A program made the position numbers and the translations under genes. The notes beneath the pieces are model-generated. The model was not told where the DNA came from, searched no databases, and saw nothing but the letters and a program-made list of their open reading frames with translations. From the human T2T-CHM13v2.0 reference genome, Homo sapiens, in assembly GCF_009914755.1 (NCBI RefSeq), contig NC_060946.1: a stretch of DNA of 64,000 bases. One strand, written 5' to 3'. This document shows, one piece after another, positions 11,401 through 25,800 of this stretch. Numbering within the stretch: position 1 is the stretch's first letter; each line of letters opens with the position of its first letter.

Positions 11401-13565
11401 TGGAAAGGAATGGAATGGACTCGAATGGAAGGGAATAAAATGGAATGGAAAGGAGTGGACTGGAATGGCATGGACTCGAAAGGAATGGACTGGAATGGAA
11501 CCGTTCCGAATGAAATGGACCCGAATGGATTGGAACTGAAAGGTATGGTATTGAATGGAATGGAATCGAATGGAATGGAATGGACTGGAATGTAATAGAA
11601 TGGACTGGAATGAAATGGACTGAATGGAATAGACTAGAATGGAATGGAATCAAATGGAATGGGCTCGAAGGAATGTATTCGAATGGAATGGAATCAAATG
11701 GAATGGAATAGAATGGAAGGGACTTGAATTGAATGGATTGTTACGGAACGGTATTGAATGGAAGGGAATGGAATGGATTGGAATGGAATGCAATGGACTG
11801 GAATGGAATAGACTCAAAAGGAATGGAATCGAATTGAATGGAATTGAACGGAAGGGAATCAAATGGAATAGAAGCGAATGGAATGGAACGGAATGGAATG
11901 GAATTGAATGGAAAATAAGGGAATATAATGGAATGGACTCTAATGGAATGGACTCAAAGGGAAGAGAATAGAATGGAATAGAATGGAATGGAATGGAATG
12001 GACACGAATGCAATTGATTGGAGTGGTGTGGAATGGAATGAAAGGGAATGGACTCTCATGGAATGGAACGCAATGAAATGGAATGGAAATCAATGGAAAG
12101 GAATCGAATGGAAAGGAATGGAATATAATGGAATCAAATGGAATGGAAGGGAATGGAATGGATTCGAATGGAACGTAATGGCATGAAATGGAAGGGAATT
12201 GAATGGAATGTATTGGAATGGAGTGGAATGGAATGGCATGGAATGGAATCAAAAAAATGGAATTGATTATCATAAAATCTAATGGAATGGAATAGAATAT
12301 ATTTGAATGGAATGGATTGGAATGGAATGGAATCAAAAAATTGGAATGGAGTGGAATGGAATGTAGTGTAATGGAATGGAATGGAATGGACTTGAAAGGA
12401 ATCAAATGTAATGGACTAGAATTGCGTGGAATTGTATGGAATGGAATGGAGTAAAATGGAGTGGACTGGAATGGAATGGAATAAAATGGAATGGAATCTA
12501 ATGGAAAGTAATCAATTGGAATGGCCTCGAATTGAATGGATCCGAAAGAATTGTCTCGAATGGAATGGGAAGACTCGAATGTAATGAAACGGAATGGAAT
12601 TGAATGGAATTGTATGCAATCGACTCGAACATAATCGACTGAATTGGAATGGAGTCAAATGGAATAGAAGCGACTGCAATGGAATCAAATGGAATTTAAT
12701 TGAACTGAAAGAAATTCAATGGAATGGAATGGAATGGAAAGGAATTGAATGGATTGGTATGGAGTGGAATGTAACGGACTCGAAAGGAATGTACACGAAT
12801 GGAATGGAATTGAATGGATTGGAATCGAGTGGAATGATATCAAATTGAATTGAATCAAATGGAATGGAATGGAATGTGACGGAATGGACTCAAATGGAAT
12901 GGACTCAAAGGGAATGGAATAGAACAGAATGGAATGGAAAGGAATGGAAACGATTTGAATGGAATGGAATGGATTCAAATGGAACGGAATGGAATGAAAT
13001 GGAATGGAAGTGAATGGAATGTCATGGCATGGAATGGAATGGAATGTACTCGAAAGGAATGGAATGAAACGGACTGCAATGGAATGGAAAGTAGTGGAAT
13101 CGAATGTAATGGAATGGCACGAGATGGAATCAAATGCAATGGAATCGAATATAATGTAATGTAAAGGAATGGAAAGGAATGGAAATGAAAGGAATGGCAT
13201 GGCACAGAAAGGAATGCAATGGATTCGAATTGAACCAAAAGGAATGAAATGGAATGGAACTGAAAGGAATGGAATGGAATGGAATGGAATGGAATGGAAT
13301 GGAATGGCCTTGAATGCAATGGAAAGGAATGGAAAAGAATGTACTAGAATGGAATGGAACGGAATGGAATGGAATGGAATGGAATGGAATGGAATGGAAT
13401 GGAATAGAATTGTATGGAATGCAATTGCAAGGAATGGAATTGAACACAATGGAATGGAGTGGAATGGAATGGAATGCACTTGCATGCAATGGAATCAAAA
13501 GGAATGGTATCGAATGGAATGGAATCGAATTCAATAAATTGGAATGGAATGGCCTCGAAAGGAAT

Positions 13566-13790
13566 GGAATTGAAAGGAATGGAACGAAATGCAATCAAAT
13601 GGAATCAAATGGAATTAAATGGACTGGAATGGAATAGACTGGAAAGTAATGGACTGGAATGGAATGGAATCGAATGGAATTGAAAGTAATGGAACGAAAT
13701 GCAATCAAATGGAATCAAATGGAATTAAATGGACTGGAATGGAATAGACTGGAAAGTAATGGACTGGAATGGAATGGAATCGAATGGAAT
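13566..13790 (+). repeat. Near-perfect 110-bp tandem duplication
   Basis: GGAACGAAATGCAATCAAAT... at 13581 and 13691, with one mismatch seen. Confidence 0.9.
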
Positions 13791-16700
13791 GGAAACAAAA
13801 GGAATGGAATCAAATGGAATGGAATCCAATGGAATGGACTCTAATGGAATGGATTGGAATGGAACGGTCTTGAAAGGAATGGAATTGAATGGAATGAAAT
13901 GGAATAGTATTAAAGGCAATGGAATGAAATGGAATCGAATGGAAAGGAAAGGAATGGAGTGGGATGGAATGGAAACGAATTGAATGGAATGGAATGACAA
14001 GGAATGGAATCGAATGAAATAGAATCTAATGGAATGGAATGGAATTGATTCAAATGGAATGTACTCGAATGGAATGGACTCAAATGGAGTGGAGTGTAAT
14101 GGAATGGAAAGGACTCAAATATTATGGGCTGGAATGCAATGGACTCGAATGGAACGGACTCGAATGGAATAAAATGGATTGGAATGGAATGGAAAGGAAT
14201 GGACTTGAATGTAATGGGCTGGAATGCAGTTGATTGTAATGGAATGTATTTCAATGGAATGGCTTTCAATGTAATGTAATATAACCGAATGGAATGAAAT
14301 GGAATGGAATGGGAAGGAATAGAATGGATTGGAAAGGACTCGAATGTAGTGGGCTCCATTGGAATGGAATCCAAAGGAATGAAATAGAATGGAATGGAAT
14401 CCAATGGAATGGAATAGAATGGATTGGAATCCAATGGAATGGAATCAAATGGAATGGAGTGGAATGCGATGGACTCGAATGAAATGGACTGGAATGTAAT
14501 TGTCTCTAATGGAAAGCAATGGAATGGAATGGAATCAAATCGAATGGAATGTAATCGATTGGAATAGAATGGAAGTGAATGGAATGGACTCCCATGGAAT
14601 GTACTCGAACAGAAAGCAATCAAATGAAATCGAATCAAATAAAATGCCATGGAATGGAATGGAATGAAATGGAACGGAAAGGAACTGATTGAAAACAAAC
14701 TGAATGGAATAGAATGGAATCCAAAGGATTCGAATGGAATGGAATGGAATGAAATGGAATTGAATGGAATGGAAAGGAATGGAATCGATTCGAATGGAAT
14801 GGAATGGCATGGAATGGAATCGAATAAAATGGAATGAAATTGAATGGAATGGGATGGAATGAAGTGGACTGGAAAGGATTCGAAAAGAATGGACTGGAAT
14901 TGAGTGGAACTGTATGGAATGGAACGGACTCGAATGGAATGGAATCGAATGAAATGGAGTCGAATTGAATGTGTCCAACTCGAACGCTGTCCAGTGTAAT
15001 GTAATGGGATGGAAGGGAATGGAATTTAATGCAATGGAAAGACTAGAATGGAATAAAATGGAATGGAATGGAATGGAATAGAATGTAATGGACTGCAATG
15101 GAATGGACTCGAATGGAATGCACTAGAGTACAAAGGAATTGAATGCAATTTAATCGAATGGAATGAAATCCAATGGAATGGAATGGAATGCAATGCATTG
15201 GAACAGACTGGAATGTAATGTACTCGAATGGAATTCACACGAATGGAATGAAATTGAATGCAATCGATGCGAATGGAATGGAATCAAATCGAATGGAATG
15301 GAATGGAATGGAATGGAATAGATTATAATGGAAAAGAATAGAATGGAATGGAATGGAGTTGAATGGACTCGAATCGAATGGACTCAAAGGGAATGGAATG
15401 GAACATAATACAATGGAAAGGAATGGAATTGACTCGAATGGAATAGAATGAAGTGGAATGGAATGGAATTGATCGCAATGGATTCCAATGGAATGGAAAG
15501 GAAAGAAATGGAATGGAATTGAATGGAATGCCCGGAAATCAATTGGAATGGAATGGCATGTAATGGAATCTAATGGAATCGAATTAAATGGAAAAGAATC
15601 GAATGAAATGGAAAGGAATTGAATAGAATGGATTTGAATGGAATGGAATGGAATTTAATATAATGGAATGGACTGGAAATGAATGGAAGCGAATGGAATG
15701 GAATCGAATGGAATGGACTCGAATGGAATGGAATGGAATGGAATCGTCTCAAGTGGAATGGAATGGAATAGAATGGAATGGAATCGAATGAAACTGAATG
15801 GAATTTAACGGAATTGAATGGAATGGAATGGAATCGAATAGAAGGGAACCAAATGGAATGGTGTGTAATTGAATGAAGTAGAATGGAATGGACTCCAATG
15901 GAATGAACTCAAATGGAATGGAATGAAATGGAATGGAATGTTGTAGAACGGAATCGAATGGAGTCAAATGGAATGGAATGGATTGGAATGGAATGGAATG
16001 GAATAGAATCAAATGGAATGGAATCACATGGAATGGACTGGAACGCAATGAACGGGAATGGAATTAACTCAAATGGAATAAACTCGAATGGAATGGATGG
16101 CAATGGAATGGAATCTGATGGAATGGAATAGAATGGAATGGACATGAATGGACTGAACTGGAATGGAACGGTCTCGAATGGAATGGAATCGAATGGAATG
16201 ATATCAAATGGAATTGAATGGAACGGAAAAGATTGGAGTGGTATGGAATGAAATTGACACAACTGAATTGACTGGAATGGAATGGAATGTACTCGAATGA
16301 AATGGACTGAATGGAATGGCCTCGAAAGGAATGGAGTCGAATGGAAAGGAATCGAAAGGAATGGAATCCAATGGAATGGAATTACAAGGAATGGAAATGA
16401 ATGGAATGGAATCAAATGGATGGGAATTGAATGGAATGGAAAGGGCTGGACTGGAATGGAATGGACTCGAAAGGAATAGACTGGAATGGAACCCTCTGGA
16501 ATAAAGTGGAGACGAATGGATTGGAATTCAAAGGAATGGATTCGAATGGAATGGAATCGAATGGAATGGAACGGAATTGAAGGGAATAGAATGGACTTGA
16601 ATGTAATTGACTGAATGGAACGGACTCAACAGGAATGGAATCGAATGGAATGGAATCAAAAGGAATGGACTCGAAAGGAAGGTAATCAAATGGAATGGAA

Positions 16701-18775
16701 TCAAATGGAATACAATCAAACGGAAAGAACTACGATTGAATGGATCGGAAAGGAATGGTATTGAATGGAATGGAAGTGAATGGAATGGAATGGAGTGGAA
16801 TGGAAGGTAATGGAATAGAATCGAATGGAATGGAAAAGAATGGAATGGAATGGAATGGAATGGAATGGACTGCAATGGAATGGAATGTACTCGAATCTAG
16901 TGAACTGGAAAGGAATGGATTAGAATGGAATGGAGTCGAACGGAACGGAATCAAATGGAATGGATTCTAATGGATTTGAATCCAAAGAAACAAAAAAAAA
17001 TCGAAAGCACTCTAATGAAAGGAAATTAAATGGAATGGAATATATTGGACTTGAGTGGAATGGACTCGAAAGGAATGGACTTGACTGGAATCATCTTGAT
17101 TAAAGTGGACCCAAATGGATTGGAATAGACAGGAATGGAATTGAAAGAAATAGAATCAAATGGAGTTGACTCGAATGGAATGTAATCAAATGATAAGGAA
17201 TCAGCTGGAATGGAATAGAATGGAATGGACTTCAATTGAATGGATTTGAATGGAATTGTCTCGAATGGAATTGAATGGAATGGATAGGAGTGGAATAAAA
17301 TGGAATGGAATGGAATGGAATGAAATGGAATGGAAAGGAATGGAATGGAATGGAATCGAATCGAAAGGAATGGCCTGGAATGTAATTGCATGGAATGAAA
17401 TCGAACTGAATAGAATCTAATGAAACGGAATGCAATTGATTCGAATGGATTGGACTGGAAAGGAATGGAATCGAACAAAATGAGATGGAATGGAATGGTA
17501 TGGAATGTAATGGATTCGAATGGAAAGGAATGAAATGGAATGGAATAGAATGGAATGCAATGGACTGGAAAGGATTCAAATGGAAAGGACTGGAATTCAG
17601 TGGAATCGTATGGAATGGAATAGAATGCAATGGAATGGAATGGAATGGACTCGAATGGAATGCAGTCGAATAGAATGGAATCTAATGGAATGGAATCGAA
17701 TGGAATGGACTCTAATTGAATGGATCAGAATGGAACTGTCTCGAATGCAAAGGAAAGGAATGAAAGACTCGAATGGAAAGAAATGGAATGGAAAGGAAAG
17801 GAATGGAATGGAATAGAAATTTACTGATTCGAATGGAATGGACGGGAATGGAATGGAATCACATGGAATGGAATGGAATGGAATGGAAGGGAATGGACTC
17901 AAATGTAATGGACTTGAATGGAAAGGACTCGAATGGAATGGAGCGAAATGAAATGGAATGGAATGGAATGGACTCGAATGTAATGGACTGGAATGGCATG
18001 GACTCGAAGGGTATGGACTTGAATGGAATGCAATGGAATAGTATGGAATGGAATGGAATCAAATGTAATGGACTGGAATGGAATGTACCCGAATGGAATG
18101 GACTCGAATGGAATGGATTCCACTGGAATGGAGTCGAATGGAATGCAATTGAAAGGAAAGGAATCGAATGGAATGGAATCAAAAGGAATGCAATCATGCA
18201 CTAGAATGAATTGGACTTCTTTGGATTGGACTTGAATGGATAACAATTGAATGGAATGGAATTGAAAGGAAAGGAATCAAATGGAATGGAATCGAATCGA
18301 ATGCATTGGAATGGAAGGGACTCAAATGGAATGGACTGGAATGGAATGGTCTTGAATGGAATGGAATCGAATGGAATGCATTACAATCGAAGGGACTCAA
18401 ATGGAATGGACAGGAATGGAATGGTCTTGAATGGAATGGACTCTAATGGAATGGAATGGAAAGAATGGCATGGAATAGAATGGAATGGAATGGAATCGAA
18501 AGTAATGGACTGGAATGGAATGGAAAGAATGGAATGGAATAGAATGGAATGGAATGGAATGGAAAGTAATGGACTGGAATGGAATGGACTCGAATGAAAT
18601 TGACTCGAATGGAATGGACTCCATTGGAATGGACTCCAATGGAATGCAATCGAATGGAATGCCAGCGAATGGAAGGGACTGGAATGGAATGGACTCGAAT
18701 GGATTTGAATGGAATGTAATACAATGGAATGGAGTAGAGGGGAATGGAATGGAATGTATTGCAGTGGAATGGAGT

Positions 18776-18945
18776 GCAGTGCAGAGGAATGGAATGGGAT
18801 GGAGTGGAATGAAATGGAATGGAAAGGAATGGAAGGAAATGGAGTGGAACGGAATGGAGTGGAATGGATTGCAGTGCAGAGGAATGGAATGGGATGGAGT
18901 GGAATGAAATGGAATGGAAAGGAATGGAAGGAAATGGAGTGGAAT
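18776..18945 (+). repeat. 95-bp-period tandem duplication
   Basis: GCAGTGCAGAGGAATGGAATGGGATGG...GGAAGGAAATGGAGTGGAA at 18776 and 18871. Confidence 0.85.
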
Positions 18946-21894
18946 GGAATGGAGTGGAATGGAATTGAGTGGAATGCAATGGAATGGAATGGAATGGAGT
19001 GGAATGGAGTGTTGTGGGGTTGAGTGGAAATTAAAGGAATGGATTAGAATGGATTGGAGAGGAATTAGGTGGAATTGAGTGTAGTGGAATGGAATGGATT
19101 GAAGTGGAATGGAGTGGAGAAGCATGGAGTGGAATGAAGTAGAATGGAGTGGAATGGAGTGGATTGCAGTGGAGTGAAATGCAGTAGAATGGAGTGGAAT
19201 GTAGTGTAATGGTGTGGAATGGAGTGGAAAGTAGTGGAATGGAATGGAGTGGAGTGGACTGGAGAAGAGCAGACTGCAGTGGAGTGGAATGGAGTGGAAT
19301 GGAATGCAGTGGAGTGGAAAGGAATGGACTGGAATTGTATGGAGTAGAATGGAGTCCAGTGGAGTGGAATGGAATGGAGTGGATTGGAGTTTCGTAGAAG
19401 GAAGTGTAATGTGCTGGAGTGGAATGGAATGAAATGGAGTGGAGGGCAGTGGAGTGGAGTGAATTGGAATGGAAAGTAATGGATTGGATTTCAGTCTAAT
19501 GGAATGGAGTGGAATGGAATGAAGTGGAATCGAATTGAATGGAATGGAATGGATTGGATATGAGTGGAATGGAATGGAGTGGAATGGAAAGGAGTGGAAT
19601 GGTTTTGAGAGGAATCGAATGGAATGGAATGGAATGGAATGGAGTGTAGAGTAGTGCATTGGAGTGGGATGGAAATGAATGGATTGGAATGTCATGGAAT
19701 GGAATGGAAAGGAATGGAGTGGAGTGGAGAGCAGAGGAGCGGAATCCAAAGGAATAGAATGGAATAGAGAGGAATGGAATGGAGTGGATTGGAGCGCAGT
19801 GGAATGGAATGGAATGGAGTGGAGTGGAATGGAATGGAGTGGAGTGGAATGGAATGGAACGAAATGGAGGGCACTGGTTTTGAATGGAATGGAATGGTGT
19901 GGAATGGAAAGCAATGGAATGGAATGGAACGGAAAGGAGAGGAGGGTAGCATAGTGGAATGGAATGAAATGGAATACAATGGAATGGAAAGGAATGGAAT
20001 GCTATGGAATGGAGTGGACTGGAATGGAATGGAGTGGAGGGGAGTGGAATGGTTTGGAATGGATTGGAATGGAATGGAAGTGAATGGAATGGAATGGAAG
20101 GGAATAGAATGCAATGGAATGGAGTGCAGTGGAATGGAATGGAGAGGAGTGGAAAAGAATGGAATTGAATGGAGAAGAGTTGAATGGAATAGATTGGAGT
20201 GGAATATAAAAGAATGGAATGGAATGGAATGGAATGCAATGGAATTGAATGGAGTGCAGTGGAGTGGAGTGGATTAGTGTAGAATGGAATTGAATGGAAC
20301 GGAATGGAATACAATAGAATGGATTAGAATGGAATGGAATGGAATGCAATGGAGTGGAATGGAGAGGAGTGGAGTGGAATGAAATGGAATTAAGAGGAGT
20401 GGAATGAAATGGACTGGAATGGAATATATTGGAATGGAGTGGAGTGGACTGGAATGGAATAGAGTAGAATGAAGCAAAGTGGAATGGAGTGGAGTGGAAT
20501 GGCATGACATGGAATGGAATGGAATGGAGTGGAGTGGAGTGGAATGGAATGGAATGGAGTGCAGTGCAGGGGAGAGGAGTCGAGTGGAATACAGTGGAAT
20601 GGAGTGGAATGGAATGGATTGCAGTTTAATGGAATGGAGCGGAATGGATTGGAGTGGAATGGAATGGATTGGAATGGAGTGTAATAGAATGGTGTGGAGT
20701 GGAGTGGAATGGAATAGACTGGATTATTGTGGAGGGTAATGGAATGAAATTAAGTGGAGTGGAATGGAATGGAGTGGATTGCAATGGAGTGGAATGGAAT
20801 GGAGTGGAAAAGAATGGAGTGAAATAGAGTGGAATCGAGTGCAGAAGACTGGAATTGATTTGAAAGGAATGGAGTGGAATGCAGTGAAGTGGAATGGTAT
20901 GTATTGGAATGGAGTGGAGTGGAATTGAGTGGAATGGACTGGAGTGGAATGGAAGTTAACGGAATGGAATAGAATGGAATGGAATGGAGTTGAGTGGAAT
21001 GGAACGGAGTGGAGTGGAATGGAATGGAATGGAGTGGATTGGAATGGAGTGGAATGGAATGGTGAGGAATAGAATGGAGTGCAGTGCATTGGAATGGAAT
21101 AGAGTGGAATGGAGTGGTATGGAATGGTATGGAATGCAGTAGAGTTTAACAGAATGTAGTGGAAGGACAGGGAATGGAGTGGAGTGTAATGGAATGGAAT
21201 GCCGTGGAAAAGAATAGAATGGAGTTGAGTGGAATGGAATGAAGTGGAGTGGAATGGAGTGGCGTGGATTGCAATGCAATGGAGGCGAATGGAATGGTGT
21301 GTGAAATGTAATGGAGTGGATTGCTTGGAATGTAATGGAGTGGAATGGAGTTGAGTGGAATGGAATGGGATGGAGAGGAATGGAATGGAATGGAATGGAA
21401 TGGAATGAAGTGGAATGGAGTAGAATAGAATGGAATGGGCTGGAGTGCTGTGGAATGGAATGGAGTGGAGTGGAGTGGTACGTAAATGAATGGAATAAAA
21501 TGGAATGGAATGGAATGGAATGTAGTGGAGTGGAATGAAGTGGAGTGGAATTGAATGGAATGGGATGGAGTGGAATTGAATGGAGTGAATGGAATGTAGT
21601 GGAATGGAATGGAGTGGAGTGGATTGGAATGAAATAGAGTGCAATGGAGTGGTGTGGAATGGGTTGGAATGGAGTGGAATTTAAGGTAATGCAGTGGATT
21701 GGCATGAAATGGAGTGGAGTGGAAGGGAATGGAATGCTGTAGAATGGAATGGAATGGAGTTGAGTGGAATGGAAAGAAGTGGAGTGGAAAGGAATGGCGT
21801 GGAGTCGAATGGAATGGAGTGGAATTGAATGGTGTGTGAAATGGAAAGCAGGATATTGAAGAGGAATGTAACGGAGTGGAATGGAGCTGTGAGT

Positions 21895-22620
21895 GGAATG
21901 CAATCGAAAGGAATGGAATTGAATGGAATGGAATCGAGTAAAGTGGAATGGAATGTAAGCAAAAGGAATGGACTAGAATGGAATGGTCTCGAATGGAATG
22001 GAATCGAATTGAATGGACTTGAAAGAACGGATTCGAATGGAATTAAATCGAATGGAATCGAATGCTCTGGAATGGAATAGAATGGACTCGAATTTAATGG
22101 AATGAAATGGAATTCACTCAAATGGAATGGAATCGAAAGTAAGGATATCTAGTGGAATAGATTCTAATGGAACGGAATCGAATTGAATGGACACGAATGG
22201 CATGAACTTGAATGGACATTTCTCGAATGGAATGGAATGGAATGGTGTGGAATGGAATGGACTCGAATGGAATGGTCTCCAATGGAATGGACTCGAATGG
22301 AATGCAATCGAAAGGAATGGAATCGAATGGAATTGAATCGAATAAAGGGGAATAGAATGGACACGAAAGGATTATACTAGAATGGAACCATCTATAATGG
22401 AATGGAATTGAAAAGAATGGAATTGAATGGATTGGATTCGAATAAAATGAAAAGGAATCGAATCGAATGGACTGTAATGGAAAAGAATCGACTCGAATGT
22501 AATGGACTAGAATGAAATGCCTTCAAATGGAATAGAAACTAATGGAATGGAAGCTAAAGGAATGGAATTGAATCAAATGGAAACGAAAGGAACGAATTGG
22601 AATGGAAAGGTCTCCAATGG
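21895..22620 (+). repeat. Island of CpG-type (domain-2-like) satellite within domain 3
   Basis: Return of GGAATCGAAT, GGACTCGAAT and GGTCTC(G/C)AAT, with loss of GGAGT. Confidence 0.85.
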
Positions 22621-22693
22621 AATGGAATGGAATACAATGGAATGGAATGGAATGGAAAGGAATGGAATGGAGTGGAATGGAGTGGAATGGAAT

Positions 22694-22824
22694 GGAACGG
22701 TATGGAATGGATTGGATTGGAGTGCATTGCAGAGGAATGGAAAGGAACGGTATGGAATGGATTGGATTGGAGTGCATTGCAGAGGAATGGAAAGGAACGG
22801 TATGGAATGGATTGGATTGGAGTG
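22694..22824 (+). repeat. Perfect 50-bp tandem repeat, ~2.6 copies
   Basis: GGAACGGTATGGAATGGATTGGATTGGAGTGCATTGCAGAGGAATGGAAA repeated. Confidence 0.92.
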
Positions 22825-25800
22825 GAATGGAGTGGAATGGAAAGGAATGGAGTGGATTGGATTCGAATGGAATGGAATGCAGTGGAGTGGAATGCAATGG
22901 AATGGAATGGAACGGAATGTTATAGAATGGAAAGGAGTGGAGAGGAATGGAATGGAACGGAATGGAATGGAGGGGAAGGGACTGGAGTGGAGTAGAGTAT
23001 AGTTGAATGGAATGGAATGGAATGGAATGGAATACTGTAGAATGGTATGTAGTGGAGTGGAATGGAATGGAATATAATGCAGTGGAATGGAGTGGAGTGA
23101 AGTGGAATGGAATGGAATGCAGTGGAATGGAGTGGAATACAGTGGAGTGGAATGGAATGGAGCGGACTGTAAAGAAATGGAGTGGAATGGAATGGCGTGG
23201 AATGGAATGGAGAGGTGTGGAATGGATTGGAGTGGATTGAAATGGAGTGGAGTTGAAAGGAATGGAATGGAAAGGAATGGAAGGGAAAGGTGTAGAATGG
23301 AGTGGAAAGGTTTGGAAAGCAATTGATTGGAGTTTAGTGGAATGGAATGAAAGAGAGTGGAATGACATGGTATGGAGTGCAATGTAATGCAGTGGAATAG
23401 AGTGGCGTCAAATGGAATGGAAGGGAATGTAGTGGAATGGAATGGAATGGAATGGAGTGGAATGGAATGGAGTGGAAAAGAATGGAAGGGAATAAAATAG
23501 AATGGAAGGGAATGGAAGAGAATGCAATGGAATGGAATGGAATGGAATGGAGTGAATTGGAATGGAATGGAATTGATTGGAATGTAATGGAATTGAGAGA
23601 AGTGGAATGAAGGCAATGGAATGCAATGGAATGAAATGAGAATAAGTGCAGTGGAATGAAATGGAACGGAATGGAATGTAGTGGATTGGAGTGGAGTGGA
23701 GTGGAATTGAATTGAATGGAGTGCAGAAGAATGGACTGGACTGGAATGGAATGGAATGGAATGGAATGGATTAGAATGGAATGATATGTAATGGAATGTT
23801 ACAGAATTGAATGGAGTGGAGTAGAATGGAATGAAATGGAATGGAAAGGAATGATGACGAGGGGACTGGAGTGGAGAAGAATATAGTGGAACGGAATGGA
23901 ATGGAAGGGAATGGAATGGAGAACAATGGAATTGAAAACTATAGAATGGTATGGATTTGAGTGGAATGGAATGTTATCTAATGCATTGGAATGGAGTGGA
24001 GTGGAGTGGAATGGAATGTAATCCATTGTAATGGAGTGGAATGGAATGGAAATGAATGGAACGCAATGGAATGGAATGGGGTGGGGTGGAGTAGAGTGGA
24101 CTGAAATGGAAAGGAGTGGAATGGAAAGGAGTGGAAGGAAGTGGAGTGGAACGGAATGGAGTGGACTGGAAACAAATGGAGTGGAATGGAATGGTGTGGA
24201 ATGGAATGCAGTTGTGTGGAATGCAATGGAGTGGAGAGGAATGGACTGGAGTTGAATGGAATGGAATGGAGAGGAATAGAATGGAAAGCTTTGGAGTGCA
24301 GTGGAGTAGTGTGGAATGGAATAGAATGGAGTAGAGTGGAATGGAATGAAATGCAGTGGAATGGCATTTAATGGAATGCAATGGAATGCAGTGGAATAGA
24401 ATGGAGTCTAATGGAATGGAATGCAATGTACTGGATTGGAATGGAATGAAATGAAATGGAATGGAGTGGGGTGGAGAGGAATGGAATGGAATGGAGTGGA
24501 ATGGAATGGAGTGGAATGGAGTGCAGTGGAATAGAGAGGAATGAAATTGAATGGAACAGAATTGAATGTATTGAAATGCATCGAATTGGAGTGGAATGGG
24601 GTGGAATGGAATTGAATGGAGTGGAATAGAATGGAATGAAATGGAATGCAATGGATTCGAGTGGAGTGCTGTGGAATATAATGTAAGGGAGTACAATTGA
24701 ATGGAATGGAATGGAATGGAATGGAGTGGGGTGGAATTGAATGGAATGGAGTGGAATGGAATGGAATGCAATGGAATGGAAAGGAATGGAATGCAATGGA
24801 ATGGAATGTAAAGCAATGGAATGCAATGGAAGGGAGAGGAGGGGAATGTAGTGCAGTGGAGTGAAGTGTAACAGAATGGAATGAAATGGAATGGAATAGA
24901 ATGGAATGGAGTGGAGTTGAAAGGATTGGAATGCAACGGTATGCAACGCAATGGAATGGAACAGAGTGGAATGGAATAGAATGGAATGGAATTTAGTGGT
25001 ATGTAGAGGAGTGGAGTGGAATGGAGATGAAAGTAATGGAAGGGAAAGGAAGGGAAATGAATGGGATGGAAAGGAATGGAATGAGACTGGGTGAATTCGA
25101 GTGAAATGCAATGGATGGAAGTGGAATGGAATGGAATGCAATGCAATGGAATGGGACAGAATGTAATGGAATGGAATGCAATGGAGTGGAATGGAATGGA
25201 ATGGAATGGAATGGAATGGAATGGCATAGAATGGGGTGGAATGGATTGGAATGGAATGGAATGGAATGGATTGGAGTGGAGTGGAGTGGAATCGAATAGA
25301 ATGGAGAGGAGCAGAATTGAATGGAATCGAATAGAGTGGAATGGAATGGAGAGGAATGGAAAGGAATGGAATGGAAAGAAATGGAGTGGAATGGAATTGA
25401 ATGGATTGGAGTGGAATGGAATGGAATGGGCGGGGATGGAATGGAGATGAGGGGATTGGAGTGGAGTAGAGAATAGTGGATTGGAATGCAAAGGAAAGGA
25501 ATGGAATGCAATGGAACACTATAGAATGGTATGGAGTTTACTGGAATGGAATGGAATGCAGATGAGTGGAATGTAATTGAAAGGAATGGAACGGAATGGA
25601 GTGGACTAGAGTGGAATGGAATGGAGTAGATTGGAATGCAATGGAATGGATTGTAATAGAATGCAATGCAGTGGAATGGAAAGTTGCGGAGTGGAGTAGC
25701 ATGGAGTGGAATGGAACTGAATGGAATTCTATTTAATGGAAATGGAAGTAAATGGAATGGAATGGAGTAGAGTAGAATGGAGTGGAATGGAGTCGAATGT

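Larger units (their letters stand above)
3310..18720 (+). repeat. Domain 2: CpG-bearing HSat3 variant (GGAATCGAAT / GGACTCGAAT / GGAATCAAAT / GGACT)
   Basis: Very frequent TCGA and GGACT units and few GGAGT. The vocabulary changes abruptly at both ends. Confidence 0.9.

Noticed and set aside
3310-18720. Assignment to HSat2 or specifically to DYZ1
   Set aside because: TCGA is frequent, but recurring ATCATC/GATGAT-type HSat2 units are not, and I could not verify a regular ~3.6-kb period by eye. This needs k-mer classification.
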